Source: an uncultured delta proteobacterium (lineage in GTDB: Bacteria; Myxococcota; UBA727; VGSZ01). Taken from it: DNA of 64,000 nucleotides. Shown piece by piece: positions 1-11,900 of this stretch. A model generated the notes under the pieces. It was not told the DNA's origin. It did no database searches and saw nothing but the letters and a program-made list of their open reading frames with translations. Position 1 is the first letter of the stretch. The number at the start of each line of letters is the position of its first letter. The stretch covers positions 1,085,751 to 1,149,750 of the forward strand of contig CAVZJB010000011.1 in NCBI GenBank assembly GCA_963775425.1, written 5' to 3'. Made by a program: the position numbers and the translations under genes.

Positions 1-1033
1 GGCGAGCACGCCGCGCCCGGCGGCGGTCGCGCGGGGGATGGCGCGGGCGACGTCGGCGAGGCGCGCGCGCAACAACTGCATGTGGTCGCGCCCGCGCTCC
101 TCTTCGCCGAAGACCGCGCGGCTCAGCATGAAGCGGATGCGCCGCAGGGGCTCGAGCAACACAATGTCGACGATGGCCTCTTCGCTGTCCACGAGGCGGT
201 GCTGCGCGTCGCGGGACCAGTCGGTGGGGTCGCGCACGAAGCCGGTGAGCTTGAGCGAGCTGCGTCGCGCGATGCCGGCCGTCACGGCGGCCACCGCCGG
301 CCAATGGTAGGTCACGAGCGTGTCCTCGCGCCCGAGCACCAGGACGTCGTCGGTGGCGACGAAGTTGTTGGTGGTTGCGGGCGGGGGCAGTGCGCTCCAG
401 GTGTCCTCGGCCACGGCCGCCGCGACGCCCTCTCGCGACAGCGCTTCGGCGACGAGCCGCGCGGTCTCCTCGCTCACGCCGGCCAGGACGACGCCGTTGT
501 TGTTGCGCGCGAGCGCGTCGGCGTCCTGCGCGGTGAGGCCCGGACACTCCGCGAAGGCCGCCGCGACCTTCGCGCGTTCAAGGGGCTCGAGCGACGCGAG
601 GAAGACGGCGTGGCGCGCAGAAGCCGGAATCCGCCGCTCCCGCGGAGACGGCGGCCGCCCGCGCGTCGTCGTCGTGCGCGGCGCATGGGGTGAGCTCCTC
701 GAAGCGGCCGTCGCTCACACGCGACAGCTCGCCGGCGTCGAGCCAGGCGCCGCCGCAGCCGCCGCACAGGTCGATGCGGACCCCGCGCAGATGGACCGGG
801 CTCATCTTCGACGCGCAGGAAGGGCACACCAGGCGCTCCTTGCTCGCGAACAACGCCATGAGCTCCCTCAGCATCGCGTGCGACACGCCGTGCTGCTCGA
901 CGACGATGCGCTCGACCGTCTCCGCGCCGACGAACCGTCCGCGGCAGGCGGGGCAGACGTCCTCGCGCAACGCGCCGAAGGCGAGCGCGAGGGGCGCGGC
1001 GCGGCAGCGGGGGCACTCGGGTTCATCGGCCAT
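1..1033 (-). CDS. zf-TFIIB (double Zn-ribbon) domain protein, apparently frameshifted at ~610-715 and running off the left edge
   Basis: ATG at 1033 gives MADEPECPRC...CPACRG...CPSCASKM...IDLCGGCGGAWLDAGEL, a typical zf-TFIIB pattern, and stops at 578. A different frame, open from ~715 to base 1, reads as GC3-biased protein (HAVFLASLEPLERAKVAAAFAECPGLTAQDADALAR...) with no start codon near its 5' end. Confidence 0.65.
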
Positions 1034-1197
1034 CCGACGCCGAAGATAGTCGACCGCGGGGGACGCCGCTCCGGCGGCGACGCCGGCTGCGCCCGTTCGG
1101 CGTCGTCGCAGGCGTGTTCCGGCGCAATGCATGGGTGCATTGACGCAAGCGACCGCGGGGCTGTGCGTCCGGACGAAGCCCGCGCCATCGCGCCAAG

Positions 1198-1213
1198 TGG
1201 CACGTGGAGTGCA
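1198..1213 (+). promoter_or_regulatory. sigma54 -24/-12 promoter of the efflux operon
   Basis: TGGCACGtggaGTGCA; GG(1199-1200)-N10-GC(1211-1212). Confidence 0.65.
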
Positions 1214-1226
1214 GTTTGCGCTGCCG

Positions 1227-2474
1227 ATGGTTTCCGAGACTGCCAGCACGAAGACACGAGCGTTGGCTCCCGCGGCCAGGCGCGGGATGCATTGGCTGCG
1301 CAACGGTGCCATCGCCGCCGCCGCGGTGGTGGCCGGCGTCGCGGTGATGTGGGCCGTCTCCCGCCGCGGCGGGCCGGAGGTCGCCTTCGAGACAGCCGGG
1401 ATCGATCGCGGCGGCGTGGCCGCGAAGGTCACCGCCACGGGGACGGTCTCGGCGCTCGTCACGGTGCAGGTCGGCAGCCAGGTCTCCGGGCGCATTCAGG
1501 CGCTCTACGCCGACTTCAACGACGCCGTGCACAAGGGCGAGATCCTCGCCAAGCTCGACCCGCAGCTCTACGACGCCGCGCTCGAACAGGCGCGCGCCAA
1601 TGAGCTCGCGGCCGAGGCCAACCTCGCGAAGGCCAAGACGCAGGCCGCCGACGCCGACCGCACGCGCGACCGCGAGCAGGCGCTCTTCGACCGGCAGCTC
1701 ATCGCGAAGGCCGACCTCGACACGGCGCAGACCGCCGTCGACGTCGCGAAGGCGAACATCGGCGCCGCGCGGGGCGCGGTGTCGCAGGCGACGGCGGCGC
1801 TCCACCAGGCGCAGGTGAACCTCCGGTACACGACGATTCGCTCGCCCATCGACGGGGTGGTGGTCTCGCGAAACGTCGACGCGGGTCAGACCGTGGCGGC
1901 CGCGTTTCAATCACCGACGCTCTTCGTCATCGCGGAAAATCTGCGCCGCATGCAGGTCGACACCAGCGTCTCCGAGGCCGACGTGGGCAAGCTGCGGGGC
2001 GGCATGCCGGCCTCGTTTCACGTCGACGCGTATCCGGAGGAGACGTTCACCGGCAAGGTGCGCGAGATTCGCTATGCCCCGCAGACGGTGCAGAACGTCG
2101 TCACGTACGACGCCGTCATCGACGTGGAGAACGACGGGCTCAAGCTGAGGCCGGGCATGACCGCCAACGTCGTGTTCGTGGTGCGCGACGTCAAGGACGC
2201 GGTGCGCGTGCCGAACGCCGCGCTGCGCTTCACGCTGCCGCCAGAGCTTCAGACCGAATACGGTGTGCGGCCCGCGGTGAGCGAGACGGACACGGAGCAT
2301 CGAAACGTGTGGCTCCTTCGGAACGACAAGCCGGTCGCCGTCGCCATTACGCCGGGCATCACCGACGGCAGCCGCACCGTCGTCGTCGCCGGTGATGTTC
2401 GTCCCGGCGATCTCGCCGTCACGGACGTGCCTCCCAGCGAGCAGAAGGGCTTCCGCTTGTTCGGCGGCCGGTGA
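1227..2474 (+). CDS. MacA-like efflux periplasmic adaptor (membrane fusion protein)
   Basis: N-terminal TM anchor, VTATGTV..VQVGSQVSGRI, alpha-hairpin, IRSPIDGVVVSRNVDAGQTVAA, VSEADVG, LRPGMTA, VPNAALRF. Start is 1227 or 1287. Confidence 0.93.
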   Translation: MVSETASTKTRALAPAARRGMHWLRNGAIAAAAVVAGVAVMWAVSRRGGPEVAFETAGIDRGGVAAKVTATGTVSALVTVQVGSQVSGRIQALYADFNDAVHKGEILAKLDPQLYDAALEQARANELAAEANLAKAKTQAADADRTRDREQALFDRQLIAKADLDTAQTAVDVAKANIGAARGAVSQATAALHQAQVNLRYTTIRSPIDGVVVSRNVDAGQTVAAAFQSPTLFVIAENLRRMQVDTSVSEADVGKLRGGMPASFHVDAYPEETFTGKVREIRYAPQTVQNVVTYDAVIDVENDGLKLRPGMTANVVFVVRDVKDAVRVPNAALRFTLPPELQTEYGVRPAVSETDTEHRNVWLLRNDKPVAVAITPGITDGSRTVVVAGDVRPGDLAVTDVPPSEQKGFRLFGGR

Positions 2475-2486
2475 ATCGGAGTCTGT

Positions 2487-3227
2487 GTGGCCCTCATCGA
2501 GCTCGACGAAGTGACCAAGACCTACCGGCTCGGAGACAGCGAGCTGCACGCGCTCGATCACGTCTCGCTCTCGGTGAGCGAGGGAGACTTCGTCGCCATC
2601 ATGGGGGCGTCGGGGTCGGGCAAGTCCACGCTCATGAACGTGCTCGGCTGCCTCGACCGTCCGACCAGCGGCAGCTACGTGCTTGACGGTCAGGACGTGA
2701 GCCTCCTCGACAGGAACGAGCGCGCCGAGATCCGGAACCACGAGATCGGCTTCGTGTTCCAGAGCTTCAACCTCCTCGCGCGCACGTCCGCGCTCGAGAA
2801 CGTCGAGCTGCCCCTCGTCTACGCGGACGTCGGTACCAAGGAGCGCAAGGAGCGTGCGTTGCACGCGCTCGCGCGCGTCGGCCTCGGGGAGCGCGCCGAC
2901 CATCACCCGAACCAGCTCTCGGGCGGACAACAGCAACGCGTGGCCATCGCGCGGGCGTTGGTGACGTCGCCGAAGATGATCCTGGCCGACGAGCCCACGG
3001 GCAACCTCGACTCGCGCTCGAGCGAGGAGATCATGGCGGTCTTTCAAGACCTCGGCCGAAGCGGCATCACCATCGTGCTCGTCACGCACGAAAACGACAT
3101 CGCTGCATGTGCCGCGCGCGTCATCGTCATGCGTGACGGCCGCATCATCGACGACCACCGCCAGACACCGAAGACCGCGCGCGCCGCCGTGTCTTCCGCG
3201 ACGGGCGAAGCGCAGGTCGCCACATGA
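2487..3227 (+). CDS. ABC transporter ATP-binding protein, MacB/LolD family
   Basis: Walker [48 protein letters not shown]. Confidence 0.96.
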   Translation: MALIELDEVTKTYRLGDSELHALDHVSLSVSEGDFVAIMGASGSGKSTLMNVLGCLDRPTSGSYVLDGQDVSLLDRNERAEIRNHEIGFVFQSFNLLARTSALENVELPLVYADVGTKERKERALHALARVGLGERADHHPNQLSGGQQQRVAIARALVTSPKMILADEPTGNLDSRSSEEIMAVFQDLGRSGITIVLVTHENDIAACAARVIVMRDGRIIDDHRQTPKTARAAVSSATGEAQVAT

Positions 3228-4456
3228 GCCCCGCCCAAACCGCCCGCGTCGCCGCCCGCGCCCTGGTGCGCAACAAGACACGTTCGTTCCTCACCACGCT
3301 CGGCGTGATCATCGGCGTGTTCGCGGTGATCGCCATGGTCGCCATCGGCGACGGCGCGAAGTCACGCGTCGAGGCGAGCTTCTCCTCCATCGGCAGCAAC
3401 ATGCTCATCATCATGCCGGGCACGAGCTCGCACGGCGGCGCGTTCGGCGGCTTCGGCACCTTGCCCACGCTCACGTGGGACGACCTGAAGGCGCTCAAGG
3501 AGCAGATCCCGTCGGTGCGGTACACCGCGCCGAGCATGCGAACGGCGGCGCAGGTGCAGAGCGAGGACGCCAACTGGACGACGTCGGTGTTCGGCACCTC
3601 CGTTGATTTCTTCGCCATCCGAGATTGGCAAGCCGCGAACGGAACGCTGTTCAACACCTCGGACGTCGAGGGCGGCGCCAAGGTGGCCGTTGTCGGCCGC
3701 ACGGTGGCCGACAAGCTGTTCGGGAAGGGCAAGAACCCGACGGGCCGCACGTTCCGCATCAAGGGCGTGCCCTTCTTCATCGACGGCGTGTTGACCGCCA
3801 AGGGGCAGTCCGCCTTCGGACAGGACAACGACGACGTCGTGATCGTGCCGTACACGACGTACCTCTCGAAGATCCAGGCGGCCGCGCTCGGCAATTTCGT
3901 GCCGGGCGTCATCATGGTGGGCGCCCGCTCTGAGCAGGACATCCAGCGCACGCAACATCGGATCGAGGCGCTGTTGCGCGATCGCCACCACATCCCACGC
4001 GGCGCCGACGACGACTTCTCGGTGCGCAACCTGACGGAGATGGCGGGTGCGGTGGAGTCGGGTGCCGCGGCGCTCACCGCGCTGTTGGCCGCCATCGCCG
4101 CCGTCTCCCTCGTCGTGGGCGGCATCGGCATCATGAACATCATGCTGGTGAGCGTCACGGAGCGCACCCGCGAGATCGGGCTGCGCATGGCCGTCGGCGC
4201 CAAGCCGCGCCAGGTGCTCGCCCAATTCCTCGTCGAGGCGGCGGTGCTTTCGCTGACCGGCGGCGCCATCGGCATCGTGCTCGGCATCGCCACCGCGGAC
4301 ATCGTCGCGCAACACATGAAGTGGCCGCTGTTCGTGAGCGCCGGGATGATCCTCATCGCCGTCGGCTTCAGTGCGCTCGTCGGCGTGGCGTTCGGCCTCT
4401 ATCCCGCGCTCAAGGCGTCGCGCCTCGATCCCATCGATGCCCTGAGGTACGAATGA
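3224..4456 (+). CDS. ABC transporter permease, MacB/FtsX family
   Basis: [13 protein letters not shown], periplasmic domain, [45 protein letters not shown] overlap with the upstream gene. Confidence 0.96.
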   Translation: MSPAQTARVAARALVRNKTRSFLTTLGVIIGVFAVIAMVAIGDGAKSRVEASFSSIGSNMLIIMPGTSSHGGAFGGFGTLPTLTWDDLKALKEQIPSVRYTAPSMRTAAQVQSEDANWTTSVFGTSVDFFAIRDWQAANGTLFNTSDVEGGAKVAVVGRTVADKLFGKGKNPTGRTFRIKGVPFFIDGVLTAKGQSAFGQDNDDVVIVPYTTYLSKIQAAALGNFVPGVIMVGARSEQDIQRTQHRIEALLRDRHHIPRGADDDFSVRNLTEMAGAVESGAAALTALLAAIAAVSLVVGGIGIMNIMLVSVTERTREIGLRMAVGAKPRQVLAQFLVEAAVLSLTGGAIGIVLGIATADIVAQHMKWPLFVSAGMILIAVGFSALVGVAFGLYPALKASRLDPIDALRYE

Positions 4457-5829
4457 CGCTCGTCGCCGTCCCCCTGCTCTCCGCCCTCGTGGCCGCCGCG
4501 GCGGCGCCGGCGGCCCCCGCGTCCGAGCCGTCGTCGCTGTTGCACGGCAGGACGCTCACCCTCGCGGAGTGCCTGCGCGTCGCCGCGGACAACCAGCCGC
4601 AGCTCGCGCAGGCCCGCGCGAGCACGCGCGCCGGGAGGGCGCGCGCGGACGGGGCCATCGTTCCGATCCTGCCGCAGATCGGGGCGAGCGCCTCGTACGC
4701 GAGGGAGACCGCGAACTACGTCTCGCGCCCGGGCGCGGTGCCTTCGCTGCAGATCAACGGTCTGCCTTCGGGGGTGCAGGCGCCGACCATCACGACGTCC
4801 GCGGCCAAGCCGAGCAACGCCTCCTTCGACTATTGGAACGTCGGCGCCAACGCGAGCCTGCTCGTGTTCGACTTTGGTCGCGCGTGGGTGACGTGGGCGG
4901 CGGCGCGCGACAGCGCGAGCAGCTTGCAGGCGCAGGAGGACGAGACCACCGACACGGTGGCGCTCAACGTTCGCGTGGCGTTCTTCGCCTTGCGCGGGCG
5001 AGAGGCGCTCGTCAAGGTCGCGAAGGAGGCGCTGGCAAACCAGGAGCGACACCTGACTCAGATCCAGGGCTTCGTCGACGTCGGCACGCGTCCGCAGATC
5101 GATCTCGCGCAGGCGAAGGGAGATCGCGCGAACGCATACGTCCAGCTCGTGACGGCGCAGAACAGCAGGCTCACGGCGCGCGCGCAGTTGTTCCAGGCTA
5201 TGGGGGTTAGCGGCGACGACTCCGTGGAGATCGCCGACCAACCCCTGGGCGCCGTCGACGGCGAAGACGCAGCGCTCCAGAAGCTGGTGGACGAAGCCCT
5301 CGCCGACCGCCCCGACCTCGCCGCCGTCGACCGACAAATCCGCGCCGCCGAGCTCACCCGCGCGGCGACCATCGTCGGCTACGCGCCGAGCCTGTCCGTG
5401 GGGGCCTCGCTGAACGACGCGGGCCTCGCCCTGGACGCCCTCACGTGGAATTGGACCGCGCAGGCGACGCTGTCGTGGCAGCTCTTCTCGCCGCTGTCGA
5501 CGTGGGCGCAGCAACGCGAGGCCACCGCGAACGTCGACGGGCTACGCGCGTCCGCCGAGGTCCTCCGCCAACAGCTTCGCTTCGAGGTCGAGCAGGCGCA
5601 GCTCGGCGTGAGCGGTGCCAAGGCCTCGCTCTCGGCGGCCGACGACGCGGTCACCGCCGCGAGCGAGCGCCTGCGCCTCGCCGAGGGACGCTACGAGGAG
5701 GGGCAGGGCAGCGCCATCGAGCTGTCGGATGCGCAACTGTCGTTCACCAGCGCCGAAGCGCAGCGGGTGCAGGCCGACTTCAACCTCTCCGCCGCGCGCG
5801 CCCAACTCTTGAAAGCGCTCGGCCGCTGA
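4453..5829 (+). CDS. TolC-family outer membrane efflux protein
   Basis: Signal peptide [33 protein letters not shown], two OEP repeats, [20 protein letters not shown] overlap with the permease stop. Confidence 0.92.
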   Translation: MTLVAVPLLSALVAAAAAPAAPASEPSSLLHGRTLTLAECLRVAADNQPQLAQARASTRAGRARADGAIVPILPQIGASASYARETANYVSRPGAVPSLQINGLPSGVQAPTITTSAAKPSNASFDYWNVGANASLLVFDFGRAWVTWAAARDSASSLQAQEDETTDTVALNVRVAFFALRGREALVKVAKEALANQERHLTQIQGFVDVGTRPQIDLAQAKGDRANAYVQLVTAQNSRLTARAQLFQAMGVSGDDSVEIADQPLGAVDGEDAALQKLVDEALADRPDLAAVDRQIRAAELTRAATIVGYAPSLSVGASLNDAGLALDALTWNWTAQATLSWQLFSPLSTWAQQREATANVDGLRASAEVLRQQLRFEVEQAQLGVSGAKASLSAADDAVTAASERLRLAEGRYEEGQGSAIELSDAQLSFTSAEAQRVQADFNLSAARAQLLKALGR

Positions 5830-5838
5830 GCTCGCCCG

Positions 5839-7389
5839 TCAGGCGCCGAGGATGTCGATGGCGTCGCTCACGCACTGCACCGGCGGCTTCGGGATCGACG
5901 TATCGGTCTTGCTCCAGGGCAGCGAGGACACGATGCGCTTCTTGGCCGGCGGCGCGCCGACGCCGTCGTCGGAGGGGACGGCGGCGACGGCGCCGGCGAG
6001 CGCCTTGAGATCCGCGTCGTCGTTGTGGCGGTGGTCTTTGAGGCGCGCCTCGATCTCGGGCAGGACGAGCTGGTCACGCATCAACAGCGGCCAGCCCGTG
6101 GCCGTGCCCGTGAGCACCTGCTCGATGACGGCGACGGAGTCGAGGCAGACACCGGTAGCGCCGTAGCCGTTGCCCCACAGGCCGAGCTTGGCGGCGGCGC
6201 TGTTGATGACGTCGCCGAGGGTGCCGGCGAGGCGCGCGGCGTTGACGGCCGCGTCGCCGTCGAACGTGACGGCCGTGTTCTTGCCGAGCCACGTCGAGCG
6301 CCGCGAGACGTTCCAGGGGAAGAACCCCGTGTTGGGCTCGCCCTGGTACCACTTGAAGTCGGTGTCGAACGCCGGGCCCTTGGTCGTCGGGCCGCGCCGG
6401 ATCTCGAAGATGAGCTCGCCGTGGACGGCGGGGAGGACGGCCTCGTTGCCCCGCGCGTCTTTGATGCCGGTGCGTACGAGGATGCCCGCGGGGACGTCGA
6501 CGACGCCGTCGGGCGCCGCGGGGTTTTTCACCTTGAGCGACGCGAAGTCTGCGGCGCGGTAGTCGACGCGCGCGCGCACGGTGCAGCCGTCGGCCTTGAG
6601 CGCCGCGAGGAACGTCTCCACGGACGCGCACCGCTTGCCGTTGTAGACGACGGTGAGCTTCTCCCCTCTGGGCAAGAGCGCGTTTCCGGCCAGCCTGTCG
6701 AAGATCTCGGCGCCGGCGATGTTGCGCTTGGCTTGCGTGTCGTCGAGCGACGATGCGACGTCGCCCTGGAAGAGCCCCGGGGCGATCTCCTTCAGCTCCG
6801 GCACGGGTCTCTTGATGCCGTCGAGGTCGAGCTTGTCGAGGTGGACGATCCTCGGCAGTTGCCGGACCTTGGCCGGCGTCGGCGGGAGCTTGCCGGCCTT
6901 GGCCGCGACCTCGACGGCGTCGAAGCCCGCGTGCATCTGCTGCGGCGTGACGACGAGCGCTTCGGCGATGCGCTCGGGGTGCGCGCGGATGGACGCCTTG
7001 AGCGCGTCGGGGATGGCGAGCCCCGTCTTCTGCTCGAACGCGGCAAAGACGTTGTCGAGCGCCTTCTTCCCCTGGGGTGACGCCGCGGCCTGCTTCAGCA
7101 CGTCGGGCAGGCCTACGCACGCGGGGTACCCCGGGAGCAGCGCGAGCCGGTTCGACGTCGACGGCGCGGCGACCAGGCCGGGCGCGGTCATCGGTTGGCC
7201 GCCGGCGACCACGGTGGGCGCGCCGCCGGTGAGGCCCGAGGGAGCCGCCGTCGAGCGGGCGCCCGTGTCGACGATGGGGTCGGTCCCGGCGCCGGCGGTG
7301 CCGTTCACGACGGTGGCGCCGGTGGTCTGGTTGGCGGCGCCGGCGGGCGCCTTGGGGATGGTGCGGGAGGGCGGGTTGATGACCGGCAT
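5839..7389 (-). CDS. hypothetical protein with a low-complexity N-terminus and a possible His/Cys catalytic domain
   Basis: GC3-biased frame from ATG 7389 (MPVINPPSRTIPKAP...), with a TACCCT box 7 nt upstream. The further upstream part of the track ORF overlaps the next gene and is spurious. Confidence 0.75.
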   Translation of the reverse strand: MPVINPPSRTIPKAPAGAANQTTGATVVNGTAGAGTDPIVDTGARSTAAPSGLTGGAPTVVAGGQPMTAPGLVAAPSTSNRLALLPGYPACVGLPDVLKQAAASPQGKKALDNVFAAFEQKTGLAIPDALKASIRAHPERIAEALVVTPQQMHAGFDAVEVAAKAGKLPPTPAKVRQLPRIVHLDKLDLDGIKRPVPELKEIAPGLFQGDVASSLDDTQAKRNIAGAEIFDRLAGNALLPRGEKLTVVYNGKRCASVETFLAALKADGCTVRARVDYRAADFASLKVKNPAAPDGVVDVPAGILVRTGIKDARGNEAVLPAVHGELIFEIRRGPTTKGPAFDTDFKWYQGEPNTGFFPWNVSRRSTWLGKNTAVTFDGDAAVNAARLAGTLGDVINSAAAKLGLWGNGYGATGVCLDSVAVIEQVLTGTATGWPLLMRDQLVLPEIEARLKDHRHNDDADLKALAGAVAAVPSDDGVGAPPAKKRIVSSLPWSKTDTSIPKPPVQCVSDAIDILGA

Positions 7390-7478
7390 GGCGACGAGGG
7401 TATCGCGGACATCGCTCGCCGGCATCGGTGAACTGCGCCAGCGAGGCGCAGCCTCGCCTCGTCGGGGAGGGGCGTCGC

Positions 7479-8801
7479 TCAGCGCTGGAGGAAGCACCGA
7501 CGCGTGTCGAGGACGAGCGGGGGATTCGGCGCCTGATTCCAGTCGAAGGCCGCCGTCAGGTCGTTGGTGTCGGGGCCGTCCTGTGCGGCCGGGTCCAGCG
7601 AGTGCAGCGACGGCAGGTGAAAGAGGGTCTCGATGAGCTTGGGGATGGAGGCCTGTTCGGCCACGTCCTGCATGACGACCCCCGGCCGCGCGTAGGGGGA
7701 AATGATCACCGCGGGCAGGCGGAAGCCGACGCCATAGGGGTGCTCGGCGTCGCCGCCGTACTGCCGGGGGGGCGGCACGTGGTCGTACCAGCCGCCGAAG
7801 TCGTCCCACGTGATGATGATGGCCAGGTGGTCCCAATACGCGCTTTGCATCAGGGCGTTGATGTGGCCGACCACCCAGTTCTCCCCGGTGCAGACGTTGA
7901 GCGGCGGATGCTCGCTGTGGAGGTCCTGCGGCACGAGGAAGCTCACGTTGGGCAGCGTGCCGTTTCTGACATCGGCGTCGAAGCGCTTTTCGTCGACGAC
8001 GTGGGTGTCCCAATCAGGTCCGTTGCGGACGTGATCGACGGCGTCGAACATCGACCACACCTCGCCGACGAGCGGCGGCAGCGTCGAGCCGTAAAAGCCC
8101 CAGTTGAGGTCGGGCGTGAGGAGGTCGGGGACGGTCGGGTAGTCGAAGCAGGGGAACACGGGGGCGATGGAGCCCGACGCCGGGTCGAGCACGTCGACGG
8201 TGGTGCCGTCCCGGTCGTCGCAGCCCCAGGGGACGAGCTGGCTCGGGTTGCCGGTGGCCCAGCCCGCCTGCGCCGAGAGCGCGAACGAGTGCCCGGGGAA
8301 CGAGGGCCCGAGCATCGACGAGAAGAAGTGATCGCAGAGCGTAAAGTTCCGCGCGTACTGCCAGAAGTTCGGGATGTCGTCCTCGACGTACTGGTCGAAC
8401 GCGAGGTGATCGCTGTTGTTGGCGTCCCCTTCGAGCCAGCCATCCATCGCGCCGCCGTGCCAGTCCGCGAGCGCGCAGTCGTGGGTGTGGCAGAGGTCCC
8501 GCGTGAGCACCAGCGGCGGCCGGCCCACGTCGACCACGCCCTTGGACGTGACGGCCGTTGTGGTGCCCTCCGCGCCCGGGAACGAGCCGAAGAGGTTGTC
8601 GAAGGTGTGGTTCTCGTTGACGATGACGACGACGTGGTCGATGGGGTAGACGACCTCGTCGGCGCCGGCGCCGGGAGCATCAGGACCACCGGGAGCATCA
8701 GGACCACCGGGAGCACCGAAGCCACCGGGAGCACCGGGGCTGCAGCTCGCGCCGGCCGACACGGCCAGGAACACCAGCGAGCGACACACCCGGTTTCGCA
8801 C
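7479..8801 (-). CDS. phospholipase C / acid phosphatase (phosphoesterase family), probable lipoprotein
   Basis: IDHVVVIVNENHTFDNLFG, FTLCDHFFSSMLGPSFPGH, SEHPP, ITWDDFGGWYDHVPPP, GFRLPAVIISPYA. GGAGG upstream of GTG 8801; lipobox-like GASC. Confidence 0.92.
   Translation of the reverse strand: MRNRVCRSLVFLAVSAGASCSPGAPGGFGAPGGPDAPGGPDAPGAGADEVVYPIDHVVVIVNENHTFDNLFGSFPGAEGTTTAVTSKGVVDVGRPPLVLTRDLCHTHDCALADWHGGAMDGWLEGDANNSDHLAFDQYVEDDIPNFWQYARNFTLCDHFFSSMLGPSFPGHSFALSAQAGWATGNPSQLVPWGCDDRDGTTVDVLDPASGSIAPVFPCFDYPTVPDLLTPDLNWGFYGSTLPPLVGEVWSMFDAVDHVRNGPDWDTHVVDEKRFDADVRNGTLPNVSFLVPQDLHSEHPPLNVCTGENWVVGHINALMQSAYWDHLAIIITWDDFGGWYDHVPPPRQYGGDAEHPYGVGFRLPAVIISPYARPGVVMQDVAEQASIPKLIETLFHLPSLHSLDPAAQDGPDTNDLTAAFDWNQAPNPPLVLDTRRCFLQR
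8671..8739. repeat. 18-bp tandem repeat (~3.5 copies) encoding a PGGPDA/PGGFGA linker
   Basis: ccgggagcatcaggacca x2, then ccgggagcaccgaagcca and a partial copy. Confidence 0.85.
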
Positions 8802-8925
8802 ACGACCTCCGCCGACGCCGAGGCTACCGGCGGCACCGACCCTGTCAACGCGATGAGAAAGCGCGCCGACGGCTGGTCGTCGTCGGGAATGGGGCGTTCT
8901 GCGCAGAGTTGGACAGGGAACCTCG

Positions 8926-11900
8926 TCACGAGGGGGCAGCGCGCGCCGCGTCCGCGAGGGGCGCGGGAGAGCCGAGGCGCACGCGAAGCTCGTGCGTCCC
9001 CGGGATCCCCGCGTCGAGCGAAACACGGTTCGAGTCGAGCGCGGTGCCGTCCAAGGTCACCGCTGCGACACCGGTCGCCACGCGATCGGGATTCACGACG
9101 ACGATGTGGACGCTACAGGCGCTGCTCAGTTGAACCCATGCGTCGAAGCCGGGCCAGCTCGGCGGGATCACGGGATCGATGCGCAGGGCACCGGCGTCAC
9201 TGTGGATGCCGAGGATGCCTTCGACCCCGAGTCGCCATAGCCAAGCGGCGGCGCCCGTGTACCAGGTCCAGCCGCCGCGGCCGACCCAGGGCGGGCATCC
9301 ATAGACGTCGCCAGCGAGGACGTAGGGCTCGACGCGATAGCGGGCGACGTCGGCGCCGCTCGTCGTGCGCAGCGCCGGATTCAGCAAGCGGAAGATGCGC
9401 TCGGCCTCTTCTCCTTCGCCGAGGGCCGCGCGCGCGAAGCCGAGCCAGGTCGCCGCGTGCGTGTATTGTCCGCCGTTTTCACGGACGCCCGGCGGGTACG
9501 CGCGCACGTATCCCGGGTCATGCAGTGTGCTGTCGAACGGCGGGGTGAACAGGAGAACGAGGCGGTCCTTGTCGCGCACGAGTTGTTCGTCGGCGGCGCG
9601 CACTGCGGCGCGCGCTCTGGCGTCGCCCTGCGCGACGGGTGGCTCCTCGGACAGCACGGCCCAGGATTGGGCGATCGAGTCGATGTGACATTCGCTGCTC
9701 TTGGCCGACCCGACCTCGGATCCGTCGTCGTGGAAGGCGCGTAGGTACCACGCGCCGTCCCAGGCGACGCGCTTGATCTGCGCGCGCAACGTCGCGGCCT
9801 TCTCGCTCCACCGCGCGCCTTCGAGGGCGTCGCCGGTCAGCCTCGCCAGCACGGCGAAGCAATCCATGGTCGCGCACAAAAACCAGCCGAGCCACACGCT
9901 CTCGCCGCGCCCCTCGGCGCCGACGCGGTTCATGCCGTCGTTCCAATCGCCTTCGCCCATCAACGGGAGTCCGTGCGCCCCTGCGGTCGCCGCTCGCACG
10001 AGCGCCCGGCGGCAATGCTCGTAGAGCGATGCGGACAGCGTCGAGGACTCGTATTGCGCGTAGCGGTCGTGCTCGTCCGCGCGCAACGGCTCTCCCTCGA
10101 GGAAAGACACGGGCTCGTCGAGGATCGCCACGTCGCCGGTCGCCGCGACGTATTCGTCGACGACGTAGGGCAGCCACGCCATGTCGTCCGAGCAACGCGT
10201 GCGAACTCCACGGCCGGAGGGCGGGTGCCACCAATGAAGGACATCACCTTCCTTGAACTGTCGTCCTGCAGCGTCGAGGATGTGCTCGCGCGCGATCGAT
10301 GGGGCCGCGCGAAACAACGCGAGGACATCCTGCAATTGATCGCGATATCCGAATGCGCCGCTCGACTGATAGAGGCCGGTGCGGCCGAAGATGCGCGCGG
10401 AGACCGTTTGATACAGCAGCCAGCGATTGAGCATCAGATCCATCGATGCCTCGGGCGTCGCGACACGAATGTTCCCGAGGAGCTCGTCCCAGAAAGCCTG
10501 CAGTCCCCGCCAGGCATCCGCGACGACGGCAGGGTCGCGATAGCGAGCCACGAGCTCCAACGCGACGTCGCGGCTCTCCGCCTGCCCGAGGATGAAGTGC
10601 GTCTCGATCTCTTCGTCGGGCGCCAGCTCGACGTGCACCTGCAACGCGGCGCATGGATCGGTGCCGCCCTCCCCGTCGTCGACGCGCCCCGAGAGCCCCC
10701 ATCGCTGCAATGCTTCGGGGCGGGCGTAATCGCCGCCGCGGCCGAGGAACTCCAAACGGTCCGCAGTGAATCCGTGCACCGCGCCCTTCGCCGCCAGGAA
10801 CGCAACGCGCCCGGCGAGCTCTTCGGTCCAATCGCAAGTCGCGAGCAGGCACGCGCGATCGCGGACGAGCTCCGAGACGATGTAGGGCCGTTGCGTGGCG
10901 CGCCGACGGCCGAGGACCCATTCCGCGTAATACGTGAGCGTCAGCCGCCGATGGCGCGCGAGCACGTTCTTGAGCTTCACGCGAACCACCTTGAGCGGCG
11001 CGTCGGGCGGAACGAAGACCGTGAGCTCCTGCACGAGACCGTGGCTCTCACGCTCGTAGGTCGAATATCCAGCGCCGTGACGGACCAACGTCTGTCCGGT
11101 GCGCCCGGCGGGCCGCGGCGTCGTCGACCACACCGCGCCGCTCTCCTCGTCGCGCAGGTACAGGGCCTCGGAGGGCGTGTCGCAGGCAGGGTCGTTCCGC
11201 CAGGGTGTGAGCCGGTTCTCGCCGCTGTTCTTCGACCAGGTCACCCCGAACGACGACTCGCTGACGAGGCACCCGAGCTCCGCATTCGCAAGGACGTTGC
11301 ACCACGGCGCCGGTGTGCTCTCGCCAGGACGGACGTCGACGACGTACTCGCGGCCGTCCTCGCTGAAGCCCCCGATGCCGTTGTCGAAGCGCAGGTGTGG
11401 GCGCGCACGGGCCTGCTCGGCGGCGTCGTCGACGAGCGACGGCTCGAAGCGCGGCAAGCGCGGCGCGCTCGCCGGGACGTGGGCGAGTGACGCGGCCAGC
11501 AATCCGTCGCGCGTGTGCAGCACGATGCGCGCCGCCGCCTCGAGGTGGCGCACCTCACCCGGGGAGAGCCGGTCCGCGGCGAGCAGGAAGACCCCACCAT
11601 GGCGATTGAGCCAGTCAATCGCGTCGTTCTGCGCCAGCACGCCCCGTAGCGTTCCGGATGCCTCGGTGAGGTATCCCGACGCTTGCTCGTCGATGAGCAC
11701 GAGATCGAGCCGGACGCCGCACGAGCGCAGGAAGCGCTGCGTCGCGAGCAGCTCGGGCACGAGCGCGGCGTCGGGATCGCTCACGCGCACGAGGACGATG
11801 GGATCGTCGCCCGAGAGGCCGTGGGCCCAGAGGCGACGTTGACAAGGGTGCGCGGCGGCCCGCGCGCCGGCCGGTACGCGCAAGGACGCATCGCCGAAGA

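Noticed and set aside
1227-5829. Efflux operon as a novel system
   Set aside because: Canonical MacA / split MacB / TolC arrangement.
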